Below, in pieces: positions 27,154 to 36,200 of a DNA stretch of 64,000 nt. This DNA comes from Pseudobacteroides sp. (lineage in GTDB: Bacteria; Bacillota; Clostridia; Acetivibrionales; DSM-2933). The position numbers and the translations under genes were made by a program. The notes beneath the pieces were generated by a model. It ran no database searches. It was not told where the DNA came from and saw nothing but the letters and a program-made list of their open reading frames with translations. Location of the stretch: NCBI GenBank assembly GCA_035370245.1, contig DAOOVO010000002.1, positions 1-64,000 on the forward strand, in the 5' to 3' direction. The stretch's first letter is position 1; the number at the start of each line of letters is the position of its first letter.

Positions 27154-29808
27154 CTAAACTAACTTTAGAGTCTTTGACACCTTTTTCTCAATTTCCATAA
27201 CAATAAATGTTCCCACACCTATTGCAAATATCTTGAGCCATATATCGCCTGAAAGAGGTGATGTTTTAAATGCACTGTTCATAAACGGCAGGTATATGAA
27301 CGCCCATTGCAAAACCGCCATTACGAAGATACCTAAAAATATAAACTTATTTGAGAAAAAACCTATTTTCAAAAGACCTACATGCAGTGAACGGCTATTT
27401 ATGAGATATGCCGCTTCTATAACGATAAAAACCGTTACGGCTGTAGTTCTTGCTGTTTCTATGCTGCTTCCCTTTGCCAATTCATAATTGAACATTAAGA
27501 ATGACGCTGCAAGAAGAATTATACTCACAATACCAATCTTCGCCATGAGACCTTTGGTTAAAAGGGGCTGTGCGGGATCCCGCGGTTTCCTCTGCATTAT
27601 ACCCGGTTCATTAGGCTCAAAAGCAAGCATAAGTCCAAGGAAAACTGCTGTGGTCATGTTAATCCATAAAATCTGTGTCGGGGTTATAGGTAGTGTTATA
27701 CCGAGGAAGATGGCCAGAAGTATTACCAGGCCTTCACCTAAGTTGGTTGGAAGGGTCCATGTAATAAACTTTGTAAGGTTGTCAAACACTCCTCTTCCTT
27801 CCTCAACAGCATTTTCTATTGTGGCGAAGTTATCGTCCATGAGTATCATATCTGCCGAATCCTTGGCAACTTCAGTACCGGTAATACCCATTGCAATACC
27901 GATATCCGCTTTCTTTACCGCAGGTGCATCATTTACACCGTCACCTGTCATTGCAACAACATGACCAAGTGCCTGCAGCGCCTTAACAAGCCTGAGCTTC
28001 TGCTCGGGAGTAACCCTTGCAAAAACATTATTTGAAGAAGCCACATCCTTTAATTCATCATCACTTAACTTTTCAAGTTCAATACCTGTATAAACCCTGC
28101 TTTCCTTGTCTTTCGGAGCAATCCCAAGCTGCTTTGCGATTGCCAATGCAGTAACAGCGTGATCTCCAGTAATCATTTTTACAATTATACCTGCTTCATG
28201 GCATTTTTTGATGGCAGCAATAGCTTCTGCCCTAGGCGGATCTATCATGCCCTGCAGACCTAAAAATGTAAAACCGTCCTTTAAATCATCCTCAACTATT
28301 TTTTCATTTGATGTAACCTTATATGCAAAAGCAAGTACTCTAAGACCTTCCGATGCTATACTGCCATAAGCTTTTGTAACATCGGAGCCTGCATCGCTTA
28401 TTTTCCCTATTTTTTCCATAGAACCTTTCAAATAAAGCCTGTTTTCACCGTTTTCCATCTTTATAAGTACAGCCATATACTGTCTTTCAGACTCAAAGGG
28501 TAAAACCTCCAGCCTGGGGTTGTTTTGTACAAGAAGGTTACTGTCAATACCTGCTTTGGCCGCACTTACAAGCAAGCTTATCTCAGTGGGGTCACCCTGT
28601 ATTTCGCAGCCATCGTTTTTGAAATTAATTGAACTGTCATTGCAAAAAACACCGCACTTTAAGCACTCCAACAGATTTTGATCATCATCGATATTAATGG
28701 CCTTTCCGCCAAATAAAACACTTCCATCCTTGTTGTAGCCCTGTCCGGAAACTTCGTAATATCCTTTATTCGTCCATATTTTTTTAACTGTCATTCTGTT
28801 TTCCGTCAGTGTTCCTGTTTTATCGGAGCATATAACGGTAGTACTTCCAAGTGTTTCAACTACCGGTAACTTTCTTATAATGGAATTCTTTTTCGCCATT
28901 CTTGACACACCTATGGCAAGTGTAGCCGCCAACGCAGCAGGAAGTCCCTCAGGAATAGCACCTACAGCCAGTGCTATTGCCGCTTTAAACATTTCAAGCC
29001 AGCTCTCTCCTCTGAAAACGCCTACAGCAAACGTCACTACCGCCAGGGCTCCTATTATGTACATCAACTGCTTACTGAATCCCGCGATCTTCTTAATAAG
29101 AGGTGTTTCCATCCTGACTGTCTCCTTGAGCAAGTCGGAAATCTTACCTACTTCTGTTTTCGTTCCAGTAGACACAACAATTCCATAGCCCTGACCGAAT
29201 GTTACAAATGTAGACGCATAAGCCATATTCGTTCTGTCACCTAAAGAAACATTTTCCTCAATAGTTTTGTCGCTTTTCTCAACAGGAACCGACTCACCTG
29301 TCAAAGCAGCTTCCTGTATTTTTAGCTGATTTGTCTGAAAAAGTCTCAAATCTGCCGGCACCTTATCTCCGGATTGTACAAATACAATATCTCCTGGAAC
29401 CAATTGTTTACTGGAAATTTTCATTTTCCTTCCGCTTCTGATAACTGATGCTTCCGTTTCAATGGTTTCTGCAAGGGATTCGAGGGCTTTTACTGCTTTT
29501 GCTTCCTGAGCAAAACCAATAATGCCGTTTAGAATGACTACGGCAAATATTACCAATGAATCCACATGTTCTTTCATAATCAGAGTAACAATAGCTGCAA
29601 AAAGCAAAACATATATCAACGGCTGATTATACTGCCTTAAAAAAATAATTAAAAGGCTATCCCTTTTAACTTTTGCAATTTCATTGGCTCCGTATTTTTT
29701 AATCCTTGCAGCAGCTTCCTCATCTGTTAACCCTTTTTCCTTACTGGTTGTAAGTACTTCTTCCACCTGGTCGTCAGGCATCATAAAAGCATTTTGTAAG
29801 TCGGTCAT
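27154..29808 (-). CDS. P-type cation-transporting ATPase (P2-type, Ca2+-ATPase-like)
   Basis: 'CSDKTGTLTENRM' phosphorylation site, 'TGDGVNDAPAVKKADIGIAMG', 10 TM; start set at MTDLQ with RBS GAGGATG (ORF extends to 29877). Confidence 0.9.
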   Translation of the reverse strand: MTDLQNAFMMPDDQVEEVLTTSKEKGLTDEEAAARIKKYGANEIAKVKRDSLLIIFLRQYNQPLIYVLLFAAIVTLIMKEHVDSLVIFAVVILNGIIGFAQEAKAVKALESLAETIETEASVIRSGRKMKISSKQLVPGDIVFVQSGDKVPADLRLFQTNQLKIQEAALTGESVPVEKSDKTIEENVSLGDRTNMAYASTFVTFGQGYGIVVSTGTKTEVGKISDLLKETVRMETPLIKKIAGFSKQLMYIIGALAVVTFAVGVFRGESWLEMFKAAIALAVGAIPEGLPAALAATLAIGVSRMAKKNSIIRKLPVVETLGSTTVICSDKTGTLTENRMTVKKIWTNKGYYEVSGQGYNKDGSVLFGGKAINIDDDQNLLECLKCGVFCNDSSINFKNDGCEIQGDPTEISLLVSAAKAGIDSNLLVQNNPRLEVLPFESERQYMAVLIKMENGENRLYLKGSMEKIGKISDAGSDVTKAYGSIASEGLRVLAFAYKVTSNEKIVEDDLKDGFTFLGLQGMIDPPRAEAIAAIKKCHEAGIIVKMITGDHAVTALAIAKQLGIAPKDKESRVYTGIELEKLSDDELKDVASSNNVFARVTPEQKLRLVKALQALGHVVAMTGDGVNDAPAVKKADIGIAMGITGTEVAKDSADMILMDDNFATIENAVEEGRGVFDNLTKFITWTLPTNLGEGLVILLAIFLGITLPITPTQILWINMTTAVFLGLMLAFEPNEPGIMQRKPRDPAQPLLTKGLMAKIGIVSIILLAASFLMFNYELAKGSSIETARTTAVTVFIVIEAAYLINSRSLHVGLLKIGFFSNKFIFLGIFVMAVLQWAFIYLPFMNSAFKTSPLSGDIWLKIFAIGVGTFIVMEIEKKVSKTLKLV

Positions 29809-30045
29809 ATTTACATCCTCTCTATTCTTAATAAATTCTATGTTTCCATGCAACCGCCTATTACAGCATAATAGCAATACAATATAGAAATAAAATCTAT
29901 AAGTATAATACTATTTTCTTCTAATTGATTCAATATATTCTTAAACAAATTGTTAGTGCTGCAAGAGTAGAATGGCATGTACTACAATACCGACAAAAAA
30001 AGAAAAGTCCCATTCAGGACCTATATTAAATACACCATTAATCTC

Positions 30046-30083
30046 ACATTTAGCAGAAGATAAATGTAAGATTAATCATATTT
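30046..30083. promoter_or_regulatory. conserved palindromic promoter/operator-like motif, copy 1 (ACATTTA-GCAGAAGA-TAAATGT-AAGATTAATCATATTT)
   Basis: divergent region between P-type ATPase and M23 peptidase genes; spacer is the exact reverse complement of the copy-3 spacer. Confidence 0.4.
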
Positions 30084-30311
30084 AATAAAATAGACAATTA
30101 AAGTTATAGAATCAGTTAGCCATAGTAAAATTATACCAGACTTTTTACCAGTTTATACATAAAACATGATAAAATACTGTTAAATAATAATTACAATAAA
30201 AATCGGTTGTACTATTTTATCGAGTTTTAGTATATAATAGAAAAAAAAGAAGTTTTATTTCTATCATTTATATTATCATGAGATTAAGTGTATAAATTTT
30301 GGAGTTTTATT

Positions 30312-31259
30312 ATGAAGTCGGAAATGAGAAAGGCAAAAATTAAAAAGCGTAAAGAATATCTTTCCATAATGCTTATACCCCATTCTCAGGATAGAGTCAG
30401 GGTTATAAAGATATCGTCCTTTTACTTTAAAGTCTCTTTGCTGTTTGCTGCATTGCTCATTTTTGTTTCAGGTCTCATAGTAATGAACATTAAATTATCA
30501 AATCGAAATAAATCACTTGAATCACACATAGAAGGTCTTTCCAGGCTAAATGTAGAGCAAAAAAATATGATTGATGAAAAGGCAAATACCATTAAAAACC
30601 TTGAGGAAAGAGAAAAGTCAATTAATGCCAAAATCGACCAATTTACAGAAAAATATAAAGATATGGCAGAGAAATATTTATCGGGCGAATCCCGCAGCAA
30701 GACCAGCAGATCGGACGACAGGACAGAAAGAACATTTGTTGATGACATCTCAATATTAAAAGATAAGTTGGATGAACTGATAAATGAAAAAAGTCTTCAT
30801 AGTGAGGATATATCGGGGTTACAACAAACAGAAGAAAAGCTTAAGAAGTACATGGCTACCATACCTACCCTATGGCCGGCTTCAGGAAGGGTCAGTTCCA
30901 ACTTTGGACAACGCGAGGACCCCTTTAACAGTTCGGAGCGGTTTCACGCGGGTATTGATATTGCTGCTGATTATGGCTCTGATATAAATGCTGCAGCAGA
31001 CGGCACTGTAATAACATCGGGTACTCTTGCCGGTTATGGCAAAGCAGTAATTATATCCCATGGAAATGGTCTTACTACTCTGTATGGACATATATCTTCA
31101 GCTATCGCCAAAGAAGGCCAGAAAGTAAAAAAGGGTGATCTGATAGCAAGAGTTGGAAGTACAGGCAGAAGCACAGGACCTCATCTTCACTTTGAAGTCA
31201 GGATCAATGATACTCCTGTTGATCCCTTAAAATACCTAGATAAGAAAGACAGCAAGTAA
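30312..31259 (+). CDS. M23 (LytM-type) metallopeptidase with N-terminal TM helix and coiled coil
   Basis: 'HAGIDIAADYGSDINAAADGTV' and 'GPHLHFEVR' zinc-ligand motifs; start set at MKSEMRK with RBS GGAG. Confidence 0.8.
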   Translation: MKSEMRKAKIKKRKEYLSIMLIPHSQDRVRVIKISSFYFKVSLLFAALLIFVSGLIVMNIKLSNRNKSLESHIEGLSRLNVEQKNMIDEKANTIKNLEEREKSINAKIDQFTEKYKDMAEKYLSGESRSKTSRSDDRTERTFVDDISILKDKLDELINEKSLHSEDISGLQQTEEKLKKYMATIPTLWPASGRVSSNFGQREDPFNSSERFHAGIDIAADYGSDINAAADGTVITSGTLAGYGKAVIISHGNGLTTLYGHISSAIAKEGQKVKKGDLIARVGSTGRSTGPHLHFEVRINDTPVDPLKYLDKKDSK

Positions 31260-31304
31260 TTATGAGCATTTTTAAACACAATATTATACTAAAGGAGGCC
31301 CAAA

Positions 31305-31673
31305 ATGTTCGGCAAAAAGGAGTTTGATGCAGTTGACAGATTTGATACATTAATAGGTGCAGGAACGGTTTTTGAAGGAAATATAAAATCAGACGGTACA
31401 ATACGTATTGATGGAAAAATTGTAGGCGATCTTACCATAAACGGGGATGTATACATAAGTCCCGGTGCCAATATAAAAGGAAACATAAATGCAAACAACA
31501 TACACAATGCAGGCACAATTGAAGGGAACATACAGGCTAACGGAACATTAAGACTCCTACCCACATCCAAAATAAACGGTGATATAACTGTTGTAAGCTT
31601 CATAGCTGATGAAGGAGGAGTTTTTAACGGCAAATGCATAATGAAGACGGAAAATAAAAGTGCCAAATCATAA
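31305..31673 (+). CDS. bactofilin (DUF583) cytoskeletal protein
   Basis: beta-helical repeat 'GTIRIDGKIVGDLTINGDVYISPGANIKGNINANNIHNAGTIEGNIQANG'; RBS AAAGGAGG. Confidence 0.8.
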   Translation: MFGKKEFDAVDRFDTLIGAGTVFEGNIKSDGTIRIDGKIVGDLTINGDVYISPGANIKGNINANNIHNAGTIEGNIQANGTLRLLPTSKINGDITVVSFIADEGGVFNGKCIMKTENKSAKS

Positions 31674-31676
31674 ATT

Positions 31677-31710
31677 AAAATGGGGCTGTTGCAACGGCCC
31701 CATTTTAATT
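31677..31710. terminator. bidirectional Rho-independent terminator (bactofilin / MATE convergent)
   Basis: AAAATGGGGC-tgttgcaac-GGCCCCATTTT. Confidence 0.7.
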
Positions 31711-31744
31711 ATCTATTGCAAAGTAATGTCATATATGACAAATA

Positions 31745-33100
31745 TCACACCATATTCTCCCTTGTAATATTCTTTACCCATTTAAATTTCATATAGTGCT
31801 TGTAAACAGCCGGTATCTTTACAAATTCGTCGAGTGTGAGAATAAATGCAACAGCCAATACGGGCAGCTTCAACAAAAATGCACCTATCATTCCTAATGG
31901 AACAACCACACACCAAAGAGTTATTACATCGCACCACATACCGAACCGGGTATCTCCACCTGAAGGGAAGATTCCGGCTATTATCGTAGAGTTGAGGGAA
32001 TTGCCGATGATATAATAAGCTGCCATGAACATCATGTATTTCAAATAATACTGTGCCTGCGGTTCAAGTTGAATGAAATATAGAACAAGCGGAGTTATGG
32101 CAAGTATCACTAACCCCGAAGCTACACCTATCAATATTGAAAAGCGAACAAAACTGCCTCCTGCCTTTTTTGCTTCTTCAAGTTCATTTCGTCCAAGCAT
32201 ACCGCCTAATATGATACCGACGCCAGCGGCAATACCCCAGCACAGGCTTGCTATTATACTGCGTACTATGCTTGCAATGGAATTAGCAGCCACTGCATCA
32301 GAGCCGAGATGTCCCATTATCACAGAATACATCGTTACACCGCCACCCCAGCCAAGCTGGTTTATCAGCAGAGGAACGGTATATTTCCAATAGTCCTTGT
32401 GAAGCTCTTTGTTGTTCAAACGGAACATAAGTCCGATATGGAGAGGAGGACAGCGTTTTCTCGCCACTGCGATGATGACCATTATCGTTTCAAATACCCT
32501 TGAAAGAACCGTTGCAAGTGCCGCACCCTCTACCCCCATTTTAGGAAAAATACCGATACCGAAAATCAGAAAACTGTTCAGTATAATATTCAACACCACA
32601 GAAAGCGAACCTATTACAGTGCTGAGCTTTGCTCTATCACAAACCTTCATCATTCCAAAGTATGCCTGTGTGAAGCCTGTCAGCAGATAAGACAGAGATA
32701 CCATCCGCAAATAATCTGCTCCTTTTGAAATCAGGATGCTGTCGGAAGTGAATATTAACATAATCTGTTTTGGAAAAAAAGCAGTGCCCAGTGTGAACAC
32801 AAGCCCCACAAGCAGAGAATATCGCATTGTTATTGCGAGTACTTCTTCCGTAGTTTTATTATCGCCCTTGCCCCAGTACTGTGCCGCAAGTACGGTCAGT
32901 CCGAACACGAATGCACCAAAAAACAGGCTGAATACAAAAGCTATCTGCCCTGCAAGAGATGCTGCCGAAAGTGAATCCTGATTGAGAAAACCAAGCATAA
33001 AAGCATCACTTGCCGTGACAAGCGATGCCATAAGGTATTGAAACGCTATTGGTGCAACAATACCGGACAGTTTTTTATAAATTGTTTTATCGTATACCAT
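31745..33100 (-). CDS. MATE-family multidrug/efflux transporter
   Basis: 12 predicted TM helices, MatE-type repeats ('LGMIGAFLL', 'GQIAFVFSLFFGAFVFG'). Confidence 0.8.
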   Translation of the reverse strand: MVYDKTIYKKLSGIVAPIAFQYLMASLVTASDAFMLGFLNQDSLSAASLAGQIAFVFSLFFGAFVFGLTVLAAQYWGKGDNKTTEEVLAITMRYSLLVGLVFTLGTAFFPKQIMLIFTSDSILISKGADYLRMVSLSYLLTGFTQAYFGMMKVCDRAKLSTVIGSLSVVLNIILNSFLIFGIGIFPKMGVEGAALATVLSRVFETIMVIIAVARKRCPPLHIGLMFRLNNKELHKDYWKYTVPLLINQLGWGGGVTMYSVIMGHLGSDAVAANSIASIVRSIIASLCWGIAAGVGIILGGMLGRNELEEAKKAGGSFVRFSILIGVASGLVILAITPLVLYFIQLEPQAQYYLKYMMFMAAYYIIGNSLNSTIIAGIFPSGGDTRFGMWCDVITLWCVVVPLGMIGAFLLKLPVLAVAFILTLDEFVKIPAVYKHYMKFKWVKNITRENMV

Positions 33101-33237
33101 ACGTCTCCTTTATATTCAGCAAAATTTTCTTTCGTTGAAATACTTTTTGAAATAATACATTTATCAATGGCATTATGTTAATTTTTTCAGCCATCTCCAA
33201 TTAACAGCCATATTATTGACAGCTATATTATTATGCC

Positions 33238-36200
33238 TTAAATACCTAAATAGCTGCCGTTTTGCTTTAATCTGCCATCCTTCAGCATTTCATCAACTAT
33301 TTTATCCATATAAACTTTTATATCCTCATTAACTCTTTGAAATCCCAGCTTCTGGCATGATACTGTTGCCACCTGAGACCTTTCCAAACCGAATGATTCT
33401 TTTATAGAGCTTATTATAGCCTCAGCAATTTCTTCCTTTGAAATAAGCTCAATCTTTCTGCTGGCAGAAGGTAAGTCGCTTCTATCCCTTACTACGGGCA
33501 CTTTCATTGAAGCACACCATAGAAAATCGCCATTTATCACTATCCTGCCATCCCTTGACAAAATAGCACAAGCGTCATTTACAGATCTCTGGATAGAGCT
33601 TCCTGTCTTAGTAAGCTTTGAATTACTAATGACTCTTCTTGTAACTTCAAGAATATGAACCGGGCTTTCAACTTTAACTATTTTCTCAATGTACGGCACA
33701 AGCTTTTCAGGTTTATATATTTCTTCCTCATCAATAAACGGAATTTCTGCTACCACATATCTGTTTACAGTTTCCTCTTTATTTGAAACGCTGTTGTCAG
33801 ATCTTTCAATAACAATTGTATCGGCAACATCTGATTTATTCTTTAGCCCTACAACTTTAGCTTTCTCAATTGCCTCTATAAGCCTTTTCAATTGATCCTT
33901 GGGATTTCTGAACCAATCGGTACTCCAGACCCTAATTATATTCCATCCCTTATCCTCCAGAACAGACTGCCTGAGTCTGTCTCTATCCCTTGCCGATCTG
34001 GCACTATGGTAGGAAGCTCCGTCACATTCTATTCCAAGGATGTATCTGTTGTTATCTTTTGGATCAACTACAGCCAGGTCAATATAGAAGCCCGCACATC
34101 CAACCTGTTTCCGTACTGAATATCCCAAATCTGTTAAACTCTTGTACACTTCTTCTTCAAAGGGTGAATCGGATTCCCTGCCGGTCTCTATAGGTATATT
34201 TAAATTACCGTCCCTTGCATAAGTAAGGAATGTCTTTAATGCTTTTACACCTCTTGCATTGGTCCTTGAAAGATCTATATCCTCCGGTGCAAGGTTTGTA
34301 AACACTTCACACCTTAGCCTTGCTCTACTTATTAAAACATTGAGCCTTCTTTCTCCGCCATCATTGTTTAAAGGTCCAAAGTTCATGGCCAGATAGCCTT
34401 CTTTTGTTTTGCCGTACCCAACGCTTATAAATATTACATCCCTTTCATCCCCCTGTACATTCTCAAGATTTTTTACAAAAAACGGTTCATGGGGATGCAT
34501 ATTGAAGAACGGCTCAATTGACAGATCTTTCCTTCTCAAAAGTTCTATCTCGTCTATTATGGCCTGCATCTGTGACATACTGAAGGCAGCAACCCCCAGT
34601 GTCAGCTCGGGGCTGCTTTTGAAATGCTCAATCACTCTCTGGGCTACAAGCTTTGCTTCCGGCAAGTTAACCCTTGTGTTGCTTCTATCATAAGCCCCAT
34701 CCTTTACAAAGTTATATACAAGTCCCATTTTTTTGCTTGTATTATGGGGACTGGGGAATACCACCAGCTTGTTGTCATAAAACTCATAGTTCGAAACTGC
34801 TATAAGAGACTCATGGCGGCTTCTGTAGTGCCATCTCAGCATTCTTTGAGGTGCCTTCTGTGCTTCAAACAGAGCAAGTATGCTTTCTACATCTGCCGTT
34901 GAGTAATCATCGTCATCTTCTCCCTCAGGAGTTACCGTCTGTTCAAAAAAGCTTGTTGGAGGCATCTGCTTGCTGTCTCCCACAACAACCGCCTGCTTTG
35001 CCCTCATCAATGCGCCAAATGCCTCTACCGGCCTAACCTGGCTGGCTTCGTCAAATATAACCAGATCAAACCTAAGCCCTTCAGGGGGAAGAAAATTGGC
35101 AATGGATATGGGGCTCATCATAAATACAGGCTTTATTGCCTGAATGGCATTACCTGCTTTTAACATCAGCTTTCGAATAGGAAGATGCCTGGACTTTTTC
35201 TGAAACTCCCACAAAAGCACTCCTAACTGGCCGGTGTCTCCGCTGCCCTTGGGCATGTTGTCCCAATGTTTTTTGGCAAGCCTGATCTGATTGTGCTTTA
35301 TAAGTAATCTGTCATAATCCTGAAACCTTTTTACTACGCTCTCGTGTTTATCCTTTGCAAACTCTGCAATAGCAGGCCTTTCCCTAAATGCTATGTTTAA
35401 AAGGCATTCATACCAGTTATGCTGAAGTATTATATCAAGGCTCGTTCCATGTGGTTCGACATTAAGGGAGTAATCTACCAGCCCCTCTAATGACTCCTTT
35501 ATCAGAGCATCATTCATATGGTTAAAAACAACCATATCCTGGGTCTTTGACAGATTTCCCTTCCACAAATCAATACGGTCTTTTTGAGCAGTAAAATCAA
35601 TTTCCTTCAAATCGCCTGAAGGCGGAAAGGACTTAATGGTATCAAGCTCTAAAAATATTGAAAGGTTATTCATAGAATCAATAAACTTTCTTAATAAGCT
35701 TTCCAGCTTATCTGTCACAATGTCCTTGATTGCCAGCCAATAAGCTCTCTGCATGATTAGATCCGAAGGAACCGTCCCATCCTGAACATTCCTGTATAAG
35801 GAAATTATCCAGTCGGCTTTTGTCTTAATATCCTCCCAGCTCGACTCTTCACCTTTAAAGAGGCTACCGAAGAGAGACTTAATGTTATCCTTTTCTCCAT
35901 CTATTATTTTAATATTTATTTGATACTCTATAATTGCATCACAAATTGAAATCCATTCATTATAATTTTGAGGAAGTCCATTTTGGCAAAGCCCCATTAA
36001 AGTTGACTTTGCCCTTCTGTATTTTCCCGATAAAAACCTCCACCACTTGCCTCTATATATGTTCAATATCTGACGTACCTCGGAGACATTACTGTTCCAT
36101 GCATGAGGGATTATTGTGTTCCCATACTCTTTTTTAATTTTTTGTATCATCAATCCTGCATTAATGGTTTTATTTATCTCATATTCATTTATTTTCCATA

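Noticed and set aside
33100-33237. Short direct repeat CAGCCATATTATTGA / CAGCTATATTATTAT between the MATE and helicase-nuclease genes
   Set aside because: Only two imperfect 15-nt copies in an AT-rich promoter region; most likely promoter -35/-10 related rather than a distinct element.
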